Shown: in pieces, positions 20,910 to 30,094 of the stretch
Layout: the number at the start of each line of letters is the position of its first letter
How positions within the stretch are numbered: the stretch's first letter is position 1
NCBI GenBank assembly: GCA_965208325.1
Contig: OZ242326.1
Location: 3,104,001 to 3,168,000 of the forward strand
Direction of reading: 5' to 3'
Source of the DNA: Candidatus Poribacteria bacterium
GTDB taxonomy: Bacteria > Poribacteria > WGA-4E > PCPOR2b
Length of the DNA: 64,000 bases
Notes under the pieces: generated by a model
The model's database searches: none
Told to the model about the DNA's origin: nothing
Seen by the model: only the letters and a program-made list of their open reading frames with translations
Position numbers and translations under genes: made by a program

Positions 20910-22160
20910 ATGCCCAGAGAGTTTGATGTCCCACACTTCTACCGAAGTTCCATCATTTCCTTCGTCAAAAAGTCGCGCCGCATTACCGATCCGCGAAAGC
21001 GCGATCTCTCCCCTTCAGTGTTGGAATTTGGCCCGGTTCGTTTCAAAATTGCGAGACATTTCGGATTCTGTTACGGGGTTGAAAACGCTATTGAGATTGC
21101 CTACCGTGCGCTTGAAGAAAATCCGGATAAACGGGTGTTTCTACTGTCGGAAATGATCCACAATCCGCGCGTGAACGCAAATTTGCAACAGCGTGGCGTG
21201 CAATTCCTCTGCGACACCGCGGGCAACCAACTCATTCCATTTGACACATTGACGCCGCATGATATTGTCATTGTGCCAGCATTTGGAACCACGCTGGAAA
21301 TACAAGCTGAACTAGATCGGCGCGGCATCAATCCCTATGCGTACAATACTACCTGTCCTTTTGTCGAGAAGGTTTGGAAAAAAAGCAGAGAGATAGGTCT
21401 ACAAAATTACACCGTTGTTGTCCACGGTAAGCGGTACCACGAGGAAACGCGCGCAACGTTTTCTCATGCTATAGCGGAAGCGCCTGTAGTCGTGGTGCGC
21501 GATTTGGAAGAAACGAAAAACCTCGCAAAAGTTATACGCGGGGAAGCATCCGCTGCATTTTTCTTTGCGTGTTTCGAGGACCGTTTCTCTCAGGGCTTCG
21601 ACCCGAATCTCCATCTCCAGCGTATCGGCGTGGTTAATCAAACAACGATGCTCGCTACTGAGACACAGGCAATTGCCGACCTGCTTCGGCGAGCGATGGT
21701 TGATCGGTATGGCGAGGAAAATATTGACGAACACTTTGCCGACGCGAAGGACACGCTTTGCTACGCCACGAAAGAAAACCAGGATGCAACTATTGCCCTT
21801 ATCGAAGACGGCGGCGACTTGGCAGTAATTGTAGGGGGATACAATTCCTCCAATACTAGCCACCTGGTCGAACTGTGTGAACAAAAAATGCCGACCTATT
21901 TCATCTGCGACGCCGACGAAATGATCTCGCCAACACGCATTCGACACTTAGGGATCGACACAAAAACCGTGCGTGAAACAGAAAATTGGCTTCCAATGAA
22001 TCCTCCCGGTTGCGCCCCAATCGACATCGTCCTCACAGCAGGTGCTTCTTGTCCCGACGCCCTACTCGACGAAGTGTTGCGCAAAATTATCTCTTGGTTC
22101 CCAGAAGCCTCTTCAATTGATACTGTGCTCGGTCCTTACCACGATCAAATGTTAGATTAA
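20910..22160 (+). CDS. ispH: 4-hydroxy-3-methylbut-2-enyl diphosphate reductase
   Basis: FGFCYGVENAI, IHNPRV, TTCPFV, HEET, NQTT, DTLCYAT, GGYNSSNT, TAGASCP. Confidence 0.95.
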   Translation: MPREFDVPHFYRSSIISFVKKSRRITDPRKRDLSPSVLEFGPVRFKIARHFGFCYGVENAIEIAYRALEENPDKRVFLLSEMIHNPRVNANLQQRGVQFLCDTAGNQLIPFDTLTPHDIVIVPAFGTTLEIQAELDRRGINPYAYNTTCPFVEKVWKKSREIGLQNYTVVVHGKRYHEETRATFSHAIAEAPVVVVRDLEETKNLAKVIRGEASAAFFFACFEDRFSQGFDPNLHLQRIGVVNQTTMLATETQAIADLLRRAMVDRYGEENIDEHFADAKDTLCYATKENQDATIALIEDGGDLAVIVGGYNSSNTSHLVELCEQKMPTYFICDADEMISPTRIRHLGIDTKTVRETENWLPMNPPGCAPIDIVLTAGASCPDALLDEVLRKIISWFPEASSIDTVLGPYHDQMLD

Positions 22161-22258
22161 ATCATAATTCTGTCTGTTGCGAATGATACAGTCGGACATC
22201 AGGACAAGCATATCCCCACCGTCTAACGATAGCCGCTTCAGCAACAATTCATTCAACC

Positions 22259-25200
22259 TCACTTCAACATTGTACAATCGAATACCATACCGACGCTTCC
22301 CTGGAATTTCACTCGCACACGGTCTTTATCTCGCGTGAGCTCAATAGGAATGCCGTAAGTTACATCAAAAAATTCACCGGGGTGATTAATGTTGAGGGTT
22401 TGCCTAGCAATACGCGAATCCTCCACAAAAATGTCAAAAGTACGCCCATCCTCACTGCCCCAGTAGGTAACGCTTAGCGTCATCGGTACGTCTGCACGAA
22501 CAGCCAACTCGTAACTAAACCAGCCGCCTTCTGATGTGTTTCGCCAGTGCCGGCCCATGTGTTGTGAAGCTGAACTGTGTTCGCTCTCGAGCTTATGTAA
22601 ATATTCGGACTCAATATTCGAAATCACCTTGACTGTATCGACGGTTCGCCTCAATTTTTCCTTTCTTTGTTGGTCTTCGGCTAAATAGTCTGCATGGGCT
22701 TTGCTGCCTCGTTGGTATACACGCCAATAAAGCGCGTAGCGATCATCAAATAGTTGATAAAACGGGATGAGCGCCACGTCTTCATTTTGCCCCACGGTGC
22801 GAAAGGTCAGCCGTTTTCCTTCGACCGGCTGTATCCATTTATTAAGGTCATCCGAATCGGCAATGAGAACTGGCGCATCAACCGGCTCCATCATACTCGC
22901 CTCACCAGCTTTGACGCTGGGGACATCTTCCTTACCTAGCTCACCTGCCAACACCAACGGGCCATACATAATGGCGGTGAGTGTTTCATCGTCCGGCATG
23001 GGGTGTAAATGTAGACTCATCGGCAAACGCAGTTTCAACGTGTCGCCATCCTCCCATATACGTTTGATCGTCAAAAAATCTCCGTGACTGGAAAAACCTT
23101 CCAGTGAATTGCCGTTGAACAACATCTCGCCGCCATGTACTGCCCAGTAAGGTATGCGAAAATGTATGGAGAATTCGATAGGGGCCGCTAATGACAGTAC
23201 AATTTGAGTGTAATCCTCTTCAGGAAAGTTGGTTTCCTGGCGTAGGTGGAGTCCCTTTTCTCGCCACGACAACTCTGATGCTATAAACTGGTTAATGTAA
23301 AGTTCGTCGCCATGATGGAAGTAAATGCTGTCGCCAGATTTGGCGAATGACTCGATTCCTGTACCTACACAGCACATGAAGGCGTCTTTTCGTTCTGGGG
23401 TGTCGTCGCTTTCAGGCATGCTAAAGCATTTGAAGTAACCTGAAGCCATAGGTACATACCACATCAACATGCCGTCATCGGGATTTTGCGTGGGGAGAAT
23501 CCCGTTGAATAACGCTCGTTCATAGTAATCCGCATATCGCGCACCGGCAGTCCATCCAAAAAGATGGCGCGTCAGTTTCAACATGTTGTAGGTCGTACAG
23601 GATTCATGCGTTCGATTGCTTAGTTGGCACGACAATTCATTCGGCTGTTGCCAGTGTTCATGATCCGTTGATCCGCCGGTAACATACGAGCGGGTATTGA
23701 CAATTTGATTCCAAAAGAAATGAACAATGTCGTGATAACGCTTCTCGCCGAATAGTTCATAACGGTGGGCAGCGCCAAGAATTTTGGGTATAGTCGAGTT
23801 GCCGTGAAGCCAGATTAAGATGTCATCGTCGCCTTCAGCTAGCGGGTCAAAGACTCGGTTGTGCTCAAATCGCATAGCCAATCTCAGATGATCCCTGTCT
23901 TGGGTTACGGCATACAGTTTCAACATCAGCCCCTTCATCCCGCCGTGCTCTATGTTAAGTACCTCCTGCAAATGATCTTCATCCAATCGATTTATACGCC
24001 ATTTTGCCCATGCGGCCATCTTTTTGAGCACGTCCAACGCTTGTTGGTTCCCGATAAGATGGTACACGTTATAAAGCCCATCCATTATTTTATGGATGAC
24101 GTACCATGACACTCTTGAGATGCCGATACGTCCAGGCTCACCGGCTTCGATGTCGTCAAAGTAATCTTCCGGAAATGCGCTGAGATAACCGCCTTTAATG
24201 CCCTGTTGACATTTTGCCAATTCCGCTACTATATAATTGGCTTTGTCCTTGAGCACGCCATCGTCGGTGCTGACATACATTAAGGCGCAGGCTGTGAGGT
24301 AATGCCCTATGAAGGCGCCGCGGAGGATAAAATCCGGACTTTCCCATCCGCCGAGCGGCTCGGCGGACGACGGTATACCCGCCGTTACGCGAAACATGTG
24401 CAGCAGCCGGTCCGCATCTAGTGCATGAAGGTATTTGCCGTCTCGCAGCATAGCATCTTTAAACGGGCCATCGTTCAAACGCACGTGCTGCAAATCGAAT
24501 GGTTGGGCTTGTAATTGTATGGGATTGGCGCTTGGAACGTGGCCGCTGCGGACGGATGCTTTTTGGCCAGTTGGATAGAAAGGGTAGAAATCATTATTGG
24601 GAGTAATGTCAAACACTTCATCTCCCCGCCAACTGAGCGTATATTCCATTTTGTCAGTGATTTCAACTTCTTGATGTACCGGTAACTCGTATGATAAGTC
24701 AATATTGCCCGGTAAATTTTCTTTCGGGATAACGATAAAATCACCAATTTTGTCTGGCGCAAACTCTTCATCATTTACGGTCACGCGAACTGAGTCTTTG
24801 GGCGTCCACCGAGGTATCCTTATAAACGTATTTTCCTGGTTTTTGGGACTGATTTTAACCTTCGCCTGATGCGACCTCGTACTTGTGATTTTTAGGTTTT
24901 CATCTTCGTAATCGAGATGGAAGTGAATGGTTAATCCTTTATCGTCGCCTACGGCGATATGATGGTAGATATCAATGAGCGAGTGTAAAGCGGCGGCGGT
25001 GACATCGGTGACGGATTGTTTGCCCGCATGCGGCATGGCGTGCAGGCCGCCAATAGCGCCGATAATGCGGTCTCTCACATCGGCCTGTGCCCCATCCGAA
25101 TTGGACGGTTCCAGCGGAGGACTATCGGTAATCTGGGAAGGAATGAGGCGGGCTCTGACGTTATGTTCAACATCGTCGAGAAACTCGCTGTAGCCGTGGC

Positions 25201-26155
25201 GAACGGCGAGCCAGAGCGCAATCTGAGCGGCGTCGCCCGGAGAAGTGACTTCGCCTTTGTGGGCACTATCGTCTCCGAGATCATGGCATGTGTAGCCAGA
25301 TTTTTTGACAATCTTTGGAACGGTTTCTCGATAAGTGTTAGCGACCACATCAATATACTTGTGTTGGCCGGAGATTTCGCCAAAGCGCAACAGCCCGCGC
25401 AGCGTGTTTAGATAGGAGTGCGTATGTCCGCGCATGATGAAAGGGTCTTCGGTGGCGTCCCACCTTGCGTGGTAGCGTCCATCTGGCCTGGTGGTTTGAG
25501 CCAGGTGATATCGAGCGAATTTCTCCGCGAGTTTCAACGCTAAGGCGTCCTTTGATACTTCATAGTATTCGATCAGCGCTTCAATCAGGCGGCCGTGGGA
25601 TACAACTGCGGAAAGCGCCCAAGCAGATTGGATGTCGGGGCTGCCGGCTTCTCTATAACGATGGGTCGCTTCGACATTCCAGATGCCTCTGCCAGGGTCC
25701 GCCTCCCAACGTTCATAGGGATAGAGAATACGGTCGATGGACTCCAACATCAAATGCGCTTTTTCAATCGCCCATTGGTCGTTACGGTATTTGATAAGTC
25801 CGGTGAGGGCTAGGAGGCTTTCTCGCGGCGAATGGAAGTCGAGTATTTCACCGTCGACGCGGGGCGTGTCGAGCGGGCGGAGGCACAAATGATCCGAATT
25901 GTCGTAAAACCGCTTTAGGTTCTGCAGCATGGCTGCTTCTATATCCGGCGGAATTTTGAAGCCCGTAGCGTCTTCCAAACGGAGCAAAGCATCCCACCAT
26001 CGACCGATATTATGACCCGGACCGAAGAAACGGATTTCTGAACCGTAGTCGTTACCCACGAAAATCCAGAAGTTGGGCAAATAGTTTTCATCCGGCGAAA
26101 GCATATGAATTAAATTTTGCCCTGCTAAATTCATGGACTCCTTCAAATTCACCAT
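22259..26155 (-). CDS. GH127/GH146-like beta-L-arabinofuranosidase fused to an N-terminal divergent (alpha/alpha)6-like module
   Basis: C-terminal ~750 aa: PLGGWE, GHYLTA, GYLSAFP, EHGGM, HGNSTIP, ESCTTYNMLKL, DYYERAL, CCVGTG, YGPLVLAG. The N-terminal ~530 aa is a separate module. Confidence 0.85.
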   Translation of the reverse strand: MVNLKESMNLAGQNLIHMLSPDENYLPNFWIFVGNDYGSEIRFFGPGHNIGRWWDALLRLEDATGFKIPPDIEAAMLQNLKRFYDNSDHLCLRPLDTPRVDGEILDFHSPRESLLALTGLIKYRNDQWAIEKAHLMLESIDRILYPYERWEADPGRGIWNVEATHRYREAGSPDIQSAWALSAVVSHGRLIEALIEYYEVSKDALALKLAEKFARYHLAQTTRPDGRYHARWDATEDPFIMRGHTHSYLNTLRGLLRFGEISGQHKYIDVVANTYRETVPKIVKKSGYTCHDLGDDSAHKGEVTSPGDAAQIALWLAVRHGYSEFLDDVEHNVRARLIPSQITDSPPLEPSNSDGAQADVRDRIIGAIGGLHAMPHAGKQSVTDVTAAALHSLIDIYHHIAVGDDKGLTIHFHLDYEDENLKITSTRSHQAKVKISPKNQENTFIRIPRWTPKDSVRVTVNDEEFAPDKIGDFIVIPKENLPGNIDLSYELPVHQEVEITDKMEYTLSWRGDEVFDITPNNDFYPFYPTGQKASVRSGHVPSANPIQLQAQPFDLQHVRLNDGPFKDAMLRDGKYLHALDADRLLHMFRVTAGIPSSAEPLGGWESPDFILRGAFIGHYLTACALMYVSTDDGVLKDKANYIVAELAKCQQGIKGGYLSAFPEDYFDDIEAGEPGRIGISRVSWYVIHKIMDGLYNVYHLIGNQQALDVLKKMAAWAKWRINRLDEDHLQEVLNIEHGGMKGLMLKLYAVTQDRDHLRLAMRFEHNRVFDPLAEGDDDILIWLHGNSTIPKILGAAHRYELFGEKRYHDIVHFFWNQIVNTRSYVTGGSTDHEHWQQPNELSCQLSNRTHESCTTYNMLKLTRHLFGWTAGARYADYYERALFNGILPTQNPDDGMLMWYVPMASGYFKCFSMPESDDTPERKDAFMCCVGTGIESFAKSGDSIYFHHGDELYINQFIASELSWREKGLHLRQETNFPEEDYTQIVLSLAAPIEFSIHFRIPYWAVHGGEMLFNGNSLEGFSSHGDFLTIKRIWEDGDTLKLRLPMSLHLHPMPDDETLTAIMYGPLVLAGELGKEDVPSVKAGEASMMEPVDAPVLIADSDDLNKWIQPVEGKRLTFRTVGQNEDVALIPFYQLFDDRYALYWRVYQRGSKAHADYLAEDQQRKEKLRRTVDTVKVISNIESEYLHKLESEHSSASQHMGRHWRNTSEGGWFSYELAVRADVPMTLSVTYWGSEDGRTFDIFVEDSRIARQTLNINHPGEFFDVTYGIPIELTRDKDRVRVKFQGSVGMVFDCTMLK

Positions 26156-26182
26156 TGTGTAATCCTCCCCCTTTCAGTAAAA

Positions 26183-27157
26183 CTACCCAAAGGCGACGCC
26201 CAATTTGACGCTCCGTTCAGGGTGCTTGTCCATCTCTATGTAGGCTTCAACCGAATCTTCAAACGGCACCACCGGGTCAACAACGTCTTCGCAGTCAAAT
26301 CTGCCGTCTTCCAGCCACTTCCAGCAGGTTTCGAAGATACGTTTGAAATCCCAACGCGGATGATCGCGGTTCGGATCGCTGTTGGCGCGTGCGAAGATGA
26401 TGTTAGGAATGTTGACATGTGCGACAGCACCGAGGTCAAGTCCGCCTGTACACATTTTCGCGCGTCCAGCGTATACGATTGTCCCTTCAAACGCGACGCC
26501 GCGAAGCGCATCATCAAGGGCTTCGTACACTGCACTCGTTTCTACAGCCACATCAACGCCAAGTCCGCCAGTCGCTTCTTTGAGTACCGCGCCGGTATTT
26601 GAGTCAGTGGGATCAATGACAAGTTCCGCCCCAGTCTTTTCCGCGACCTTCCGCCGTCTTTCGAGCGGGTCGACGGCAGCGACAAAATCAGCCCCCGCAA
26701 TGCGTGCCATCTGCACCGTCATCAACCCTATTGCGCCAAGTCCAAAGACAGCCACCCTATCACCAACGCGGACCTTTCCATCACGAATCGCAGACATTGC
26801 GAAGTGCGCCGGATCATAGCAGACCGCCTCTTTCCACGTCATCCGGTCAGGCATCTTAACGACATTCCCAGCAGGCAACGTATGCGTCTCCCTAAGATGT
26901 CCGTGGTTGGAGACGCGTTCCCCAATCTCGCAACCTTCAACCTCTTCCCCGATTTCAATAATTTTTCCGACGTACATATTCCCAAGGCCCATCGGAAAAG
27001 TTTCGCCGTCGTGTGCGTAGTATGCTGTGAGTTCGGTGCCGCGTTTGGGTGAGCCGAACTCGACTTGAACCCGCACACTGTCCGCAGGAATGGGACCATC
27101 TTCATACTCTCTCAAGACCGGCTGACCGGGGGCAACCGCGACTAATTCTCTTGGCAT
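26183..27157 (-). CDS. MDR / zinc-binding alcohol dehydrogenase family protein
   Basis: GTE, VRVGDRVAVFGLGAIG Rossmann motif, GVDVAVE. Confidence 0.88.
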   Translation of the reverse strand: MPRELVAVAPGQPVLREYEDGPIPADSVRVQVEFGSPKRGTELTAYYAHDGETFPMGLGNMYVGKIIEIGEEVEGCEIGERVSNHGHLRETHTLPAGNVVKMPDRMTWKEAVCYDPAHFAMSAIRDGKVRVGDRVAVFGLGAIGLMTVQMARIAGADFVAAVDPLERRRKVAEKTGAELVIDPTDSNTGAVLKEATGGLGVDVAVETSAVYEALDDALRGVAFEGTIVYAGRAKMCTGGLDLGAVAHVNIPNIIFARANSDPNRDHPRWDFKRIFETCWKWLEDGRFDCEDVVDPVVPFEDSVEAYIEMDKHPERSVKLGVAFG

Positions 27158-27172
27158 CTCTTTCTCCTTAAA

Positions 27173-27197
27173 GTAGTAGGCACGCGCCGTGTGCCGT
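27173..27197 (+). repeat. GTAG-type REP hairpin
   Basis: GTAGTAGGCACGCGCCGTGTGCCGT; related copy at 53643-53670. Confidence 0.6.
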
Positions 27198-27286
27198 AAA
27201 CCTAAAACAGGCCATTAATTAATGCGGAATCTGCGAACAATGCATCCGACGGTGAATTGCTTTCCGCGCCTCTTGACACACGCCAT

Positions 27287-27398
27287 ATTATAGCACGATG
27301 CGTGGATTTAGTTAAGACGATTTGTGTACGTTTAACAGCCGCTTGTTCAACAACTTTCGAACCGGTTTCTTTTTCCCATTACGCAGGAATGATATAAT
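27287..27398. promoter_or_regulatory. divergent extended -10 promoters (MDR gene / NHL gene)
   Basis: TGCTATAAT on minus (27287-27295) and TGATATAAT on plus (27390-27398). Confidence 0.5.
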
Positions 27399-27577
27399 CG
27401 CCGGACTCAATGCGGCATCGAATCACATTGTTTAGGTGTGTACGCCCAAGAACTTGGTTAGCTTTTCAGTTTACCATTCACCGTAATCGTGCTAAAATGG
27501 AAAAAATTCCGGTGTATCAATTGAGGTCGGACAGCAATTGTAATGTGACAAACCGATAAAGGAGAAACGCACGTAAA

Positions 27578-28552
27578 ATGAGACGAGTTGGTTTTGGTGA
27601 CTTCGTTTATGAAGAAGTTCGGGAATGGGGACAATTTCCTGCGGACTGGCCCTTCGAAGATAGTCCTGGCGTTGCTGTTGATTCACAAGATAGAGTTTAC
27701 GCCTTTACCCGCGAGACAACCGGTATGGTCGTGTTTGACGCAGACGGCGCCGTCTTGCAGACGTGGGGGAGGGACAAATTTAAGCGGCCGCACGGCATAT
27801 TCATTGGTCCGGATGATGCGATTTACTGCGCTGACGATTGGGGTCATTCGATTAGGAAATTTACGACTGACGGCGAGCTGCTCATGGAAATCGAGACCAA
27901 AGACCATCCTGCGGATACCGGCTATGTGTGGGGGGACCAGGCATCAGCCGTACGGCGCGGAGGCCCGCCGTTTAACTTTCCGACGTGGGCAACCCTATCG
28001 CCGGAAGGCGATTTGTACGTAACCGACGGCTATGGCAACGCTCGGGTACATAAATTCACCGCCGACGGCGAGTTGCTCTTTTCGTGGGGTGAACCCGGCG
28101 ACGGCCCGGGCCAGTTTGTCACGCCGCACAGTGTCTGTGTAGATAAAAGCGGCTTAGTTTATGTTGCTGATCGGCAGAACCTTCGCATTCAAGTTTTTAA
28201 TTCGCAAGGTGAATTTATCAATCAATGGAGCGACATTTATTGGCCTTGCGATATGTGCCTTGATCCTAACGAGAATATGTATGTCGCGGAGGTCGGCGGG
28301 GTGTTCATGAGCTCGGGCAAAGTTCCCGATCACGACAATCCGTCGGCGCGAGTGACCGTGCGCAACTTGAATGGTGAAATTTTGTCTGAATGGGGGGCAG
28401 CCGATCCACTTGGGGAAGGCAGATACTTCGCACCGCATAGCATCGCCATTGACTCGCAGGGTAGCCTTTATATCGGTGAAGTTTCGACATCATACACCGG
28501 CGGCGCCGCACCCGCTGATTGGCACGCGTTTCGCAAATTCGCTAGAATCTGA
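27578..28552 (+). CDS. NHL-repeat beta-propeller, peptidyl-alpha-hydroxyglycine alpha-amidating lyase-like
   Basis: PGVAVDSQDRVY, RPHGI, LYVTDGYGNARVHKF, GQFVTPHSV, VYVADRQN. Confidence 0.88.
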   Translation: MRRVGFGDFVYEEVREWGQFPADWPFEDSPGVAVDSQDRVYAFTRETTGMVVFDADGAVLQTWGRDKFKRPHGIFIGPDDAIYCADDWGHSIRKFTTDGELLMEIETKDHPADTGYVWGDQASAVRRGGPPFNFPTWATLSPEGDLYVTDGYGNARVHKFTADGELLFSWGEPGDGPGQFVTPHSVCVDKSGLVYVADRQNLRIQVFNSQGEFINQWSDIYWPCDMCLDPNENMYVAEVGGVFMSSGKVPDHDNPSARVTVRNLNGEILSEWGAADPLGEGRYFAPHSIAIDSQGSLYIGEVSTSYTGGAAPADWHAFRKFARI

Positions 28553-28635
28553 CAAATCAGTTTCACTTTCATCAGCCCAACATTGAGCGCAAGTAGAAGC
28601 ATTCCTGACTGAGAAACGCGCGAAAGGAGGAATCT

Positions 28636-29868
28636 GTGTCTGAAAGCGACAGAACCACATTAGATCGACACCTGCTTTCGCCCGAATTCTATGCGAATCC
28701 GTATCCAATTTACCACCAGCTACGCGACGCCGATCCAGTACATTGGAGTGATGCCTGGAACAGTTGGGTGCTTACACGCTATGATGATGTCACTGCCACG
28801 CTGCGTGACTTTTCCCGCTTCTCAAATGTGGGCCGGATTGACCTGTTTCTCGAACAGTTGCCAGAGAACGGACGGGAAAAAATGGGGCCCCTCAAGGGGC
28901 ACTTTTCAAGGGCGATAACGCACTTGGATCCGCCGGATCATACGCGAATCCGGAAGTTGTTAAAAACAGTCCTTTCGACGCGCTTAGTTCAGAGCATGCG
29001 CCCGCGTATTGAAGCGCTTGTGGACGAGCTAATCAGTGAGGTCAAAGACGCCGGACGGATGGATGTCATTCGCGATTTTGCCTATCCACTGCCCGCCATT
29101 GTGCTCGGTGAAATGCTCGGCATACCGCCGGAAGACCGCGACCAATATAAGAGATGGTCAGACGATATCGGTGTAGGACTTGTTGGAACAGGCCGCGCCG
29201 CGCTGGACAACGTTGAGCGGGCACGGCAAAGCCTGTTCGAACTGACAAATTATCTCCGCCCGCTTGTCACAGAACGCCGCCAACAACCCCGGAACGACCT
29301 CATCAGCAACCTTATTGCCATTGAGGTGAGGGGCGATCGACTCACCGAAAGCGAGCTGTTTTCAACCTGTATTACACTTATCCTCGCCGGGCACGGGACG
29401 ACAACCAACTTGATTGGCAACGGCTTACTGGCGTTGCTGCGTCACCCTGACCAACTAGAAACTTTGAGAAACGACCCGGCTCTAATAGAAGTGGCTGTGG
29501 AGGAACTGCTGCGATACGATAGCCCGCTCCAGCGGATTTGGCGGATGGCTACGGAAGATGTCGAGATTGACGGTAATCAGATACGCAAGGGACAGATTGT
29601 CTTACCGACGATGGGCGCCGCGAATCGTGACCCGTCAGAATTTTCCGAACCCGACCGGTTGAATATCAGGCGGCCGGATAATCCACATGTTGCACTCGGC
29701 ACCGGTATCCATCTATGCGTGGGCGGGCCGCTAGCCCGCGTGCAGGGCGCAATTGCCATTAACGCGCTGCTCCAACGCCTGCCTTCGCTGCAGCTTGAGA
29801 CGGAAGCACTAGAGTGGGAACCAAATCTGTTTCACCGCGGCTTGAAATCGCTGCCCGTTGTGTTTTAA
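28636..29868 (+). CDS. cytochrome P450
   Basis: DPPDHTRIR, LAGHGTT I-helix, EELLR (ExxR), ANRDP, GTGIHLCVG heme Cys. Confidence 0.95.
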   Translation: MSESDRTTLDRHLLSPEFYANPYPIYHQLRDADPVHWSDAWNSWVLTRYDDVTATLRDFSRFSNVGRIDLFLEQLPENGREKMGPLKGHFSRAITHLDPPDHTRIRKLLKTVLSTRLVQSMRPRIEALVDELISEVKDAGRMDVIRDFAYPLPAIVLGEMLGIPPEDRDQYKRWSDDIGVGLVGTGRAALDNVERARQSLFELTNYLRPLVTERRQQPRNDLISNLIAIEVRGDRLTESELFSTCITLILAGHGTTTNLIGNGLLALLRHPDQLETLRNDPALIEVAVEELLRYDSPLQRIWRMATEDVEIDGNQIRKGQIVLPTMGAANRDPSEFSEPDRLNIRRPDNPHVALGTGIHLCVGGPLARVQGAIAINALLQRLPSLQLETEALEWEPNLFHRGLKSLPVVF

Positions 29869-29902
29869 GGGCGGTTGCGCATTGTCAGGCTTTATTAAGA
29901 TT

Positions 29903-30050
29903 GGAGTTACGCAGTTAAACGTCCAAAGGTTCGTAGTAGGGCAATTTATTGCCCGTTTCTACATAAAACAATATGTCAGGTCAAGGAAGTAAACAACCTG
30001 CCGGACGCGCAATAAATTGCGCTACTACAAACTGAACTGCGTAAGTCCTA
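29903..30050. mobile_element. MITE-like element enclosing an inverted GTAG-REP pair
   Basis: Termini GGAGTTACGCAGTT / AACTGCGTAAGTCC; TAAGATT direct repeat on both flanks (29896-29902, 30051-30057); internal hairpins at 29933-29954 and 30007-30028. Confidence 0.65.
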
Positions 30051-30094
30051 TAAGATTAGATTTTGATGATGTACGAGCAATTTCGTTCTAGGTG

